Shown: positions 1 to 7,901 of the stretch, piece after piece | Position numbering within the stretch: the first letter of the stretch is position 1 | Layout of the letters: every line of letters starts with the position of its first letter | Source: a virus | Taxonomy: Duplodnaviria; Heunggongvirae; Uroviricota; Caudoviricetes | DNA: 41,171 nt | Direction: 5' to 3' (one strand) | IMG/VR virus record: IMGVR_UViG_2778261424_000010 | Coordinates: 1 to 41,171 of that record | Position numbers and translations under genes: made by a program | The notes under the pieces: generated by a model | What the model saw: the letters and a program-made list of their open reading frames with translations, nothing else | What the model was told of the DNA's origin: nothing | The model's database searches: none

Positions 1-1194
1 ATGATCACCGACACAAAGCTCAGGAAGGCGCTCGGCAAGAAAAGAGATGATATCGAGATTATTTCTGATTCGCACGGGCTCAACGCCAGAATCAGCCAGG
101 CCGGAAAAATATCATTTTTCTATCGGTATCGCTGGGCCGGTAAAGCGGTAAAACTCAATGTTGGTGATTATCCTGCAATGAGTATCACCCAGGCAAGAGA
201 GCGTCGCCAACAATTCAGAAACTGGTTAACTGAGGGACTGGATCCGCGAGAGCAGGTGAAGCTGGATAAGCAGACCCGACAGGAAGCGATGTCCGTTGCC
301 GAAGCGTTCAATTACTGGATTGAAAGGCACTGTATCGCTAACGGGCTAGTTAAAGTCGATTACTATCGCCAGGTGTTTGAGAAACATATCGCCGAACCGA
401 TGAAGAATGTCAAAGTCGATAACACAGCGAAAATGCACTGGATCAACGTCTTCGATTCTATAGAAAGCAGGGTGATGGCTCATTACATGCTTTCGCTGTG
501 CAAACGGGCGTTTAGGTTCTGCGTTAACAGAAGTGTGATCGCCTCAAACCCACTCGAGGGATTACTGCCATCTGATGTCGGGCAAAAGCCTAAAAAGAGA
601 ACTCGCAGGATGGACGATGACGATCTGCGCAAAATCTATCAGTGGTTGAAAAGCCATATGTCGATAGAGTCCGTTTTCCTGGTGAAATTTATTATGCTTA
701 CCGGATGCCGTACGGCTGAGATTCGACTTAGTGAGAGATCATGGTTTCGATTGGATGATAATGAGTGGGTCGTGCCTGCGGGCAGTTATAAAACTCGGGT
801 ACATATTAGAAGGGGACTCTCAGACGCCGCCGTTAACCTGGTCAGAAATCACCTCAAGAAAATAAACACCAATCACCTGGTGACTTCACAACGTAAAATT
901 GATGGCGGGATCAAAGATTCGCCCGTTCATTCACCTGTGGCATCCAATTACGCCCGTTCTATTTGGAATGGAACAGGTATGGCAGAGTGGTCGCTTCATG
1001 ATATGAGGCGGACGATAGCCACAAATCTCTCTGAGTTAGGTTGCCCGCCGCACGTAATTGAAAAGCTGCTCGGGCATCAGATGGTGGGGGTTATGGCGCA
1101 TTACAACCTTCATGACTATATCGATGATCAGAAACACTGGCTCCGCGTTTGGCAGAGCCATCTTGAAGAGATCATCGGAGAGCCCTTCAGTTAA
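1..1194 (+). CDS. int: Tyrosine recombinase / phage integrase (P4-type)
   Basis: 397-aa ORF; C-terminal catalytic region with R..H..R..Y pattern (HDMRRT, LLGH, YNLHDY); ORF begins at window base 1 so 5' end could lie upstream. Confidence 0.88.
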
Positions 1195-1433
1195 TTTATC
1201 TTCTTTTTATCCTCCCACTCTTTGATTGACTCAGAGCGCCAGCGGTTAGGGTTGCCGGGCCAGTCAGGGGGTGGGAACGGGCATACGAAGCCCCGAGGCA
1301 TTGTGTCTGCACTTTGCCATGACCAAAGGGTTTTGCGTGAAATTTTGTAGCGACTGGTCAGGTCTGACGTTACCAAAATATCATCCATAGCTCTCTCCAG
1401 TTGCCCGTTCGGGCCATTCAAAATCTTTTTCAA
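1191..1433 (-). CDS. AlpA-like DNA-binding protein / putative excisionase
   Basis: Small ORF convergent on int; sequence [22 protein letters not shown]...MPRGF resembles AlpA/Xis-type HTH; TTG start overlapping stop of upstream ORF (alternative ATG at 1388). Confidence 0.55.
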
Positions 1434-1672
1434 CCAACCTGCCCGGGCAGGGAGCGGAGACGGCGCATGCCGGTCATCGCTGTGGCCACGTAGCTCGCCT
1501 TTCGGTTCACCACCTCCACCCAGACTTTCACGCCTTCAACCTTCACCGTATAAGTCTCTTTCATCTTGCTTCGCCCATAGTCGCCATATGTTTGCAAGTG
1601 AGCCGCCAGCGCAACATCGCAAGCGCGGCGACCAATAGGTGATTGCTTACTGCGATTAATCAGCTTCATCAT
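1430..1672 (-). CDS. Hypothetical small phage protein
   Basis: ORF translationally coupled to downstream xis-like ORF; no motif recognised. Confidence 0.3.
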   Translation of the reverse strand: MMKLINRSKQSPIGRRACDVALAAHLQTYGDYGRSKMKETYTVKVEGVKVWVEVVNRKASYVATAMTGMRRLRSLPGQVG

Positions 1673-1777
1673 CACTGCACTCCCAAAGTGGCTACGACAT
1701 CACTCGCTGTTTCGCGGGTACTGCCTTTGCTGGATATAGCCCGGTGCGCCCTGGCCTGCGGTAAAATGGTGTGCGTT

Positions 1778-2395
1778 TCATGCTGCACGCTCTGTGATTT
1801 TCTGAATTTCCGATTCCAGATCTGCAAGGAAGCTCTTAACCTCAGATTCGATTTCGCGCGCCAGCTCTTCATCGAAATGAATCCGCTTCTTGAAATAGGC
1901 GAGGTCAGGCGGCAGGCGATCATCGAAACTAACGAAATCACACCATTTCCGCCCGGTGCACATCATCTGTGCATGCATTTGCAGCATGTACTGGCGCTTT
2001 GGCTCACCAGTTTTCAGCGTTTCAAGATGGGTCCAGGTGTTGGGGCATTTGATTTCGATAAGCCCGTCGTCGTTGACAAGTCCGTCCGGGCTGGCTGCGA
2101 ATCCGGGTATGGTTGGGTGATCGATGAGCCCAACTTCAGTGATTGCCGCATTGAACTCATTCAGCGCGTACATTTCGCGTGCCACTGGCTCAAGTTCAGT
2201 GCCGCGCATCATCGCGGCATTCGAAAACCCTTCCTCCAGCTTCCCGGTCAGCCGTTGGCAAATCAGCTCGGCCATGTAGTTCTGGCGGCTGGTGGAGTAG
2301 CCCGACTTAGTCCGGGCCATGACATCAGCCAGGCGACTGGCTGTGACCTTGCCGCAGCGCGCAGCAAACCATTCAGGGGTGCGTTGCTCTATCAT
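1778..2395 (-). CDS. YqaJ-like viral recombinase exonuclease (lambda Exo-like)
   Basis: 205-aa ORF beginning MIEQRTPEWF..R, typical YqaJ/PD-(D/E)xK exonuclease N-terminus; directly upstream of and overlapping recT. Confidence 0.75.
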   Translation of the reverse strand: MIEQRTPEWFAARCGKVTASRLADVMARTKSGYSTSRQNYMAELICQRLTGKLEEGFSNAAMMRGTELEPVAREMYALNEFNAAITEVGLIDHPTIPGFAASPDGLVNDDGLIEIKCPNTWTHLETLKTGEPKRQYMLQMHAQMMCTGRKWCDFVSFDDRLPPDLAYFKKRIHFDEELAREIESEVKSFLADLESEIQKITERAA

Positions 2396-3153
2396 TCAGC
2401 CTCCGTCTCTGCGACATTGACAGGTTCGGCGTTGTCGACAGCAAGACTCATGTCATACATGCGTCGTTTCTCAACTGCGCCGATCACCTGTTTCTCTTCG
2501 GCGCTCAGCGCCACCCAGAACTCCTGATACTTAACGGTTCCAAGGCGCGCGGCGGACTCACCTTTTGCGATCAGTTCCGGGCGGCGGCTATCTGATTCAT
2601 GGCCCGCATGAACCTCTGCCGTTGTTCCTTCAATTACTCGCTCTGCCTCGTCCTGGTCGAAGATGCCAGCGAAACCAAAGGCCAGACGCGCGCACTGGAT
2701 CAGCGTCTTGTGGCGAAGCATGCGGGTAGGGTGGGACTGCCATGGCTGAGTGTTGCGTTTGCACTCTCCCATGTACTCGGTGACGATGGTCGGGTGCTTA
2801 CGGTCTTTGCGGTAAATCTTGCAGGTACACGCGCCTTCCTCCTTGTCGTAAGAGAATTCCATGCCGTCAAACTGAGGATGTTCGTTGATAATGCGAGCCC
2901 ATCCATCAACGCCGACGACCGGGACAATCCCGCCTTTATCTGGAAAGGCATAAATCTCTTTGGTCCATGGGTTCAGGCCGTACTGGTTGGCGACGATTAG
3001 CAGGGCTGTAAATTGCTCGTCCGTGACGTTGCCACCTTTGAACGCTGTATTCTTCAGCGTATTCATCAGGTCTGTACCGGCATCCATGCCGAGGCGTGCG
3101 GCCAGTTTCCCGGCCATGGTGGAAAGTGCAGTACTCATTGTTAAATCCCTCAA
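2392..3153 (-). CDS. recT: RecT-family single-strand annealing recombinase
   Basis: 253-aa ORF with RecT-like core (GLNPW..., VPVVGVDGWARI); paired with exonuclease. Confidence 0.8.
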   Translation of the reverse strand: MRDLTMSTALSTMAGKLAARLGMDAGTDLMNTLKNTAFKGGNVTDEQFTALLIVANQYGLNPWTKEIYAFPDKGGIVPVVGVDGWARIINEHPQFDGMEFSYDKEEGACTCKIYRKDRKHPTIVTEYMGECKRNTQPWQSHPTRMLRHKTLIQCARLAFGFAGIFDQDEAERVIEGTTAEVHAGHESDSRRPELIAKGESAARLGTVKYQEFWVALSAEEKQVIGAVEKRRMYDMSLAVDNAEPVNVAETEAE

Positions 3154-3156
3154 AAA

Positions 3157-3441
3157 TTAAAACGGGCAGCCGGTACGGTGTTCCCAGTCGTATTCCGCCT
3201 GGGCGTAAGCAACTACCGAAATGAAATCGTTGTAGGCCTCGCCAGCTTTATCGCTGCGAAGCCCTTCGTATGGGCTGGAGTCTATCGGGATCGTGAAGTG
3301 GAAGAGGCCGGACGGCTCTTTAGGCATCATGTCGATGATTTTCTGCGCCCGGTCGTCGATCCACTTCTCTTTCTCGTCGGTGATCTGCTGCTCAGCCCAG
3401 CGCCGATCTTCGATGCGGTCGTAAGTGAGGTATGCGTTCAT
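3157..3441 (-). CDS. Hypothetical early protein
   Basis: 94-aa ORF in early-left operon; no motif recognised. Confidence 0.4.
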   Translation of the reverse strand: MNAYLTYDRIEDRRWAEQQITDEKEKWIDDRAQKIIDMMPKEPSGLFHFTIPIDSSPYEGLRSDKAGEAYNDFISVVAYAQAEYDWEHRTGCPF

Positions 3442-3448
3442 GGTTGCC

Positions 3449-4420
3449 TCAGTAATGAATTTTCGCGCAGGGGATCAGGTCATCTTTCAGAGCGGTAAGC
3501 ACTTCGATAGCCTGCTCGCGGGTTAAGCTGGTTTGGCTGGTGAGCGCGTTAACGATGTTGGTGCCGACCGTCTTGCGGTGCTTAACGTCAGCTTCACGCT
3601 TTGCCTGCTCATCGGCGAGGCGCTTCTCTTCGGCCAGGCGGGCATCTTCGGCCTGTTTGGCCTTCAGGCGCTCGGCTTCAACCGCCGCGGCTTTTTCGCG
3701 TTCCGCCCTGGCTTCCGCTTCCTGCTTCTCGCGATCTGCACGCTGTTCCGCTTCGACGCGCTGGCGCTCCGCCAGTTCAGCGCGGGCTTTCTCTTCGGCT
3801 TCACGGCGCGCTGCGGCTTCAATCTCCGCTTTGTGCTTCGCTTCGGCATCGCGGCGGGCTTGTTCTGCCGCTTCCTGTTTCAGCCGCTCATCACGTTCAC
3901 GCTGAGCCTGTTCCGCCAGACGGCGCTGCTCTTCGCGGTCACGGTCAAAATCCTTGTTCATCAGTAGAGCCATTTCGTGGTCCGCTTCGAACTTGGCAGC
4001 CAGCTCCTGATCGAACCTGATGTTCATCTCCAGCGCTTCGGCGTGCATCGCGTTCATGGCTTCTTCAGCCTTAATGCGTTCCTGCTCGGCTTCCCATTCG
4101 GTGAGTGGGCGGCGGGTCGCATCGCGCAGCTCGTCGCAGGCATCAACGAATCGCTTAATTTCGGCCTCAGCCGGACGCACAGCCTCTTTCAGGCGCTTCA
4201 GGTACTCACGGCCCGGCTTTTCGATTGCCGTCTTGCTGCGGGACACCTGCGCTGCCAGAGAGGCAACACGGTCACGGCCTTTCTTCGTGGACAGGTCCGG
4301 CACTTCGTTTACAGCCTGGCGGATTTGCTCAAGGTACGCGTCAAGGCCGCCCGCTACGTAAAGCACTGGGGCCTGTTCCGGCTTGATTTCGATGACAGTT
4401 AAGTCCGTTACTTCGCTCAT
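3449..4420 (-). CDS. Hypothetical protein with long charged coiled-coil (E/A/R/K-rich) region
   Basis: 323-aa ORF; central region is low-complexity AEEKARAELAERQR-type repeats; opposite strand shows multiple shadow ORFs. Confidence 0.5.
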   Translation of the reverse strand: MSEVTDLTVIEIKPEQAPVLYVAGGLDAYLEQIRQAVNEVPDLSTKKGRDRVASLAAQVSRSKTAIEKPGREYLKRLKEAVRPAEAEIKRFVDACDELRDATRRPLTEWEAEQERIKAEEAMNAMHAEALEMNIRFDQELAAKFEADHEMALLMNKDFDRDREEQRRLAEQAQRERDERLKQEAAEQARRDAEAKHKAEIEAAARREAEEKARAELAERQRVEAEQRADREKQEAEARAEREKAAAVEAERLKAKQAEDARLAEEKRLADEQAKREADVKHRKTVGTNIVNALTSQTSLTREQAIEVLTALKDDLIPCAKIHY

Positions 4421-4490
4421 GGTTTCTCCTGAAATTTGGATGTGCAGATCCCGCCCGCGTAATGCCAGGCCGATCGGTTGAATAGGGTGG

Positions 4491-4688
4491 TTACTGCTGC
4501 GCGATGGATTTCGCCGGGAACTCGCCGTTGCGGATGATGCTTTCTACCGGCCAGCACTCAGCTGACACTTTCTGCTCTGTAGCTGCCAGGCTGCATTCCT
4601 GCTGGCTGTCGTAAACGCCGAGAATGACATCCTGATAATCACCGTTGGTCATTGCCACGGTCAGGACGAGTGCGAATAAAGTTTCCAT
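4491..4688 (-). CDS. Small hypothetical protein (hydrophobic N-terminus)
   Basis: ATG at 4688 overlapping stop of upstream small ORF (TGATG); N-terminal METLFALVLTVAM hydrophobic stretch. Confidence 0.35.
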   Translation of the reverse strand: METLFALVLTVAMTNGDYQDVILGVYDSQQECSLAATEQKVSAECWPVESIIRNGEFPAKSIAQQ

Positions 4689-4816
4689 CAGTGAAGAGTC
4701 CTCCCGATGGCGACGGCGTAAAGGCGTTTTGCTTCTTCCCACGCCGGAGCATTGCGATGGAGCACCGCGAACGACGCGAGCCGTTGGGCCTCTCTGATCT
4801 GCTGCTGGTTTACCAT
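4688..4816 (-). CDS. Small ORF (42 aa), hypothetical
   Basis: Hand-translated MVNQQQIREAQRLASFAVLHRNAPAWEEAKRLYAVAIGRTLH; below ORF-track size cut-off; coupled to next ORF. Confidence 0.25.
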   Translation of the reverse strand: MVNQQQIREAQRLASFAVLHRNAPAWEEAKRLYAVAIGRTLH

Positions 4817-4956
4817 GATTTCCTCTTGGCCTTATCGCGGCGAACGGAACGGTTAATACAAGACTTCAACGCATTTATTCAGTGTTTCAATGGGCGGTGG
4901 ATGGCCGCCGGTTGTCATAAATGGGCAGACTCGAAAATCTGCCTATGTATGGCCGA

Positions 4957-4977
4957 TAAAAAACCCGCCGGAGCGGG
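4957..4977 (-). terminator. Rho-independent terminator downstream of orphan 222-aa gene
   Basis: Minus-strand hairpin CCCGCTCCGGCGGG followed by U-tract (plus strand AAAAAACCCGCCGGAGCGGG). Confidence 0.55.
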
Positions 4978-5646
4978 TCATTCATTCTTTGGTATGCCGC
5001 AAAGGGCGTTTAGCGTTTCAACGGGAATGGCAAGTGCGGTGCTGGTCGCTTCACGGCGTTCCACCTCAGGCAAATATGGCACTGCCTCAGGCCACATCTC
5101 AGCCAGTTTTTTAACAGTTGAGACTTTGGTTAGAGCACCTTTAACCTGCAATTGGAAGGCATCAACTTCATCGTAAAGAACGTTGATGGTTACCGTCGAT
5201 TCAGTGAGTCGGTCGTGTAATTTTCCAACTTTCTTCAGCGTGCTGTAACTTTCAGGAACGAAACCCGAATCAATTACAGGCGCGAAGGAAGCTCCGAAGA
5301 ACAGGTCGCTTTCAAGATCGTGCTTACCAATATGTTTTCCACGGTGGCGATAGCGATGATCCAAACCGTTCCTGGCTAATTCGTGATACTCACCATTAAT
5401 AATGACCTTTAAAATTGCAGTTTTAGCGCCGACCTTCATCTTGATGAAGGAGTTATCTTTGAAATCTTCCCGAGCCTTAGTTATTTGCTCATCGCTAGTG
5501 TTTTCCTGCTTGAGCAATGCCTGTCGAATTTCTTCAACAATTTTCGCCCTCTCATTAACCGCAGCTTTCGCTTTCTCAAACAATGGGGATGCGAGAAGCA
5601 GGTTATGGCATAGCTGATTTTTAATTTCGTTGTTAAGACGAATCAT
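4978..5646 (-). CDS. Orphan 222-aa protein of unknown function in immunity-region accessory slot (candidate exclusion/defence gene)
   Basis: First ORF leftward of OL-like operators; SD GAGGGT upstream of ATG; followed by terminator; soluble, not Arg-rich; R-x4-H spacing (RNGLDH) present. Confidence 0.6.
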   Translation of the reverse strand: MIRLNNEIKNQLCHNLLLASPLFEKAKAAVNERAKIVEEIRQALLKQENTSDEQITKAREDFKDNSFIKMKVGAKTAILKVIINGEYHELARNGLDHRYRHRGKHIGKHDLESDLFFGASFAPVIDSGFVPESYSTLKKVGKLHDRLTESTVTINVLYDEVDAFQLQVKGALTKVSTVKKLAEMWPEAVPYLPEVERREATSTALAIPVETLNALCGIPKNE

Positions 5647-5692
5647 TGACTTACCCTCTGTCGTTACCCGCTGATGCGGGAGAAATGCTTTG

Positions 5693-5722
5693 TGGTGGAG
5701 TGCTACGGATTCGAACCGAAGT
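5693..5722 (-). other. tRNA 3'-end-like fragment (T-arm GGTTCGAATCC plus ...CTCCACCA); no complete tRNA
   Basis: Minus-strand reads ACTTCGGTTCGAATCCGTAGCACTCCACCA; no matching 5' acceptor strand found within 80 nt. Confidence 0.3.
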
Positions 5723-5918
5723 TTTCATGGGTGATCAGTCCATGCAGGCCCAGCCACACCCCATTACAAAACATTCCAGTTACGCACCATTGCCGCTCTC
5801 CCTGAGCCCGCCGGGCGTCCGACGCATGGTTTACTGTCGCGCCGTTCGACTGACCGAATCTCCACTTCGCCGCTGGCTAACTTCGCTCAGCTGTCGATGT
5901 TTCGTTTCGATGGGGTAA

Positions 5919-5999
5919 ATTTAGCGTGATGCTAAATTATGCGCAATAGCAAAATGCTAAATTGTTGAATGGTTTTATTTAGCGTATTGATTAATAAGC
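5919..5999. promoter_or_regulatory. OL-like operator cluster (TTTAGC-N5-GCTAAA inverted half-sites)
   Basis: TTTAGCGTGATGCTAAA at 5919-5935 plus TAGCAAAATGCTAAA and TTTAGCGTATTGATTAA nearby; same motif recurs in cI-cro intergenic region. Confidence 0.5.
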
Positions 6000-6033
6000 G
6001 ATTAAAAATTTACAGCGAAGGAATTCGGGACGT

Positions 6034-6058
6034 AAAAAAGCCCGCGCGATGGCGGGCT
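6034..6058 (-). terminator. Rho-independent terminator downstream of repressor gene
   Basis: Hairpin GCCCGC-GCGAT-GGCGGGC with U-tract on minus strand. Confidence 0.5.
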
Positions 6059-6077
6059 TGAGGGGTTTTGCGTGAGG

Positions 6078-6755
6078 TTATGGGATGTTTAGTATTTTGG
6101 CATCAACCACAACGCCGATGATTTTGCAGTTTCCATTAATTTCTAGCATTGGATATGCGGGGTTAAGGGGCTTTAGGAAGCGTCTGCCGGCATCGATTAC
6201 AAGCTTCTTAAAGGTCGCTTCGTTATCGCCTTCTAGCTTCGCGACAACCAGCTTTCCGTTGCGCGGCTCGACTTCAGGATCAACAAGTATCGCTGCTCCC
6301 TCGGGTATGCTCAGTCCAGCCGGGGAGGTCATAGAATCCCCTTTAACGTCCAGCCAGAATGAATCTTCTGAGCAGTCAACAGTCGTGTCATACCAGCGAT
6401 CTATCGCTCTTCGGTGATAAGGTTCTACAGCTTCCATCCATTGCCCCGCGCTTACCCAGCTGATTACAGGATAACTTCCTTTTGTCTCGTTCAGTCCTCG
6501 AAATGCAACGTTCGAAGGTTCTTCACTGGCGTGTAAAACATCCATCCAGCCAAAAGGCAGATCAAGCGCAGTTTCAATTTTGCGAGCCATCTTATCGCCG
6601 ATATTGCGATGAGGGTTTGGTCCCAGTAGCTGGCTAAGCGCAGCCGGACTTGTCTCGATGAGCTCGGCAAACTGCGCTTTGGTCATTCCAGACTCGTGCT
6701 GACGCTTCTCGTACAGCGCTTCCAGGTTGGCTTTTCTGATTTCTTTATTTTCCAT
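6078..6755 (-). CDS. CI-like prophage repressor (HTH plus LexA/S24 peptidase-like C-terminal domain)
   Basis: Start at internal ATG (MENKEIRK...); HTH region AQFAELIETSPAALSQL; C-terminal LVDPEVEPRNGKLVVAKLEG..ATFKKL typical of S24 autocleaving repressors; divergent from cro. Confidence 0.8.
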   Translation of the reverse strand: MENKEIRKANLEALYEKRQHESGMTKAQFAELIETSPAALSQLLGPNPHRNIGDKMARKIETALDLPFGWMDVLHASEEPSNVAFRGLNETKGSYPVISWVSAGQWMEAVEPYHRRAIDRWYDTTVDCSEDSFWLDVKGDSMTSPAGLSIPEGAAILVDPEVEPRNGKLVVAKLEGDNEATFKKLVIDAGRRFLKPLNPAYPMLEINGNCKIIGVVVDAKILNIP

Positions 6756-6770
6756 ACCTGCATTGTTACT

Positions 6771-6840
6771 GCTTTTAGCAAAATGATAAATGTGCAAATT
6801 GCTAAATGATGCTTGCGTAGTATTTAGCATAACGCTAAAC
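6771..6840. promoter_or_regulatory. OR-like operator cluster between repressor and cro
   Basis: TTTAGCAAAATGATAAA, TTGCTAAATGATGC, TTTAGCATAACGCTAAA (6823-6839) in the 116-bp divergent intergenic region. Confidence 0.55.
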
Positions 6841-6871
6841 TCCAAATCAAACGACTCACCCGGAGACACCA

Positions 6872-7105
6872 ATGAGCACTGAACTACACCGCTGGCGCAA
6901 GGCCGCCACTACCGACGAATGGGCGCAGCTCGCAAAGTTGGCTAACACGACGCCAGGTTACCTGGACCAGATCGCCTACGGAAATCGCCGGGCATCTCCA
7001 GAAATGGCATCTGCTATCGAGAAAGGCACGAAGAATTTTCACCGCCAGGCTCCGGTCCTAAAAGAAAGCCTGGTATTCGCATCGCCGCGTGATACTGCGG
7101 CCTAA
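6872..7105 (+). CDS. Cro-like HTH regulator
   Basis: 77-aa ORF divergent from repressor; HTH-like AQLAKLANTTPGYLDQIAYG. Confidence 0.6.
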   Translation: MSTELHRWRKAATTDEWAQLAKLANTTPGYLDQIAYGNRRASPEMASAIEKGTKNFHRQAPVLKESLVFASPRDTAA

Positions 7106-7122
7106 CCACGAAAGGGAAAGCA

Positions 7123-7665
7123 ATGCATTCACTTGCGTATCAACACAATACCGGAATACACCCGGGAGCGATGATAAACCGCGCTCAACCTAAGGCGGCG
7201 CCAGACCACGAAAAGATCCGCGATGCGGTCCGGGCATGGTCTTCGGCGCTGGACAATCAGGACGTCGTTTCGGCACTGATCATCAACGAATACCGGGAGC
7301 AGGGCGGTACCGCCATCAGCTTCCCGGAAGACATCAGCCGGGCGCGCCAGAAGCTGTTTCGCTTCCTCGATAACCGTTTCGACTCTGAGCAGTACCGCGA
7401 GAACGTGCGCCAGCTGACACCCGCAATCATGGCGGTCCTGCCGGTTGAGTATCGCACTCGCCTGATCGGTGCCGATTGCAAAATGTCTCGCCTGGCTGAG
7501 GCCGAGAAAGAACTCGCAGAGGCTAAACAGGCAGTGCTGCTGGACGCTCCAGAGCATCAGAAGCTGAAAGAGGTAAGCGAGGGTATAGCGTCGCTGTTCC
7601 GCCTCATGCCTGAGCAGGTAGGGCCGCTGATGACGATGGTTACGTCGATGCTGGGGGCTATGTGA
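7123..7665 (+). CDS. Early regulatory protein in cII position (YdaT-like, tentative)
   Basis: 180-aa ORF immediately after cro; family assignment by position and memory only. Confidence 0.35.
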   Translation: MHSLAYQHNTGIHPGAMINRAQPKAAPDHEKIRDAVRAWSSALDNQDVVSALIINEYREQGGTAISFPEDISRARQKLFRFLDNRFDSEQYRENVRQLTPAIMAVLPVEYRTRLIGADCKMSRLAEAEKELAEAKQAVLLDAPEHQKLKEVSEGIASLFRLMPEQVGPLMTMVTSMLGAM

Positions 7666-7901
7666 TGGGAAGTTTCAAAAATGGCGAAAGCCAGTCTGCG
7701 CTAACAGAACTGGCCTTCAGATGCAAATCGTGTGCACTCATTGCAGGAGGAATAATGGCAAAAAATCCACGCTATTACCATACCGCTGTACATAAAAACA
7801 TAACCCGCGACCGCTTCATCCGCTCGGTTAACCCGATTGTGGCAGAGAAGATGCGCGCCATCCTGGAAGAACTGAAACGTAAGGAGAGTGGCCGTGGGTA
7901 A
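7665..7901 (+). CDS. Hypothetical small protein
   Basis: ATG overlapping upstream stop (ATGTGATGG). Confidence 0.3.
   Translation: MGSFKNGESQSALTELAFRCKSCALIAGGIMAKNPRYYHTAVHKNITRDRFIRSVNPIVAEKMRAILEELKRKESGRG

Noticed and set aside
1643-2527. 294-aa plus-strand ORF
   Set aside because: Lies antisense across the exonuclease and recT genes, with no RBS and odd composition; shadow ORF of a strongly supported minus-strand operon.
3533-4402. Several plus-strand ORFs of 113-144 aa with Ala/Arg/Ser- or Leu/Phe-rich products
   Set aside because: Antisense shadows created by the repetitive GC-rich coiled-coil coding sequence on the minus strand.
4978-5646. Possibility that the 222-aa product is an N-type antiterminator
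   Set aside because: N-like proteins are about 100 aa with an Arg-rich N-terminal motif; this protein is twice as long and lacks that motif, and no boxA/boxB-like element was recognised.
5693-5760. Possible complete tRNA or tmRNA gene
   Set aside because: Only T-arm plus 3' acceptor-like sequence is present; no complementary 5' acceptor strand, D-arm or anticodon arm could be built, so it is recorded as a fragment.
5646-5918. 90-aa plus-strand ORF
   Set aside because: Overlaps the tRNA-like fragment and GC-rich leader; Pro/Ser/Arg-rich product with no RBS; more likely non-coding leader sequence.
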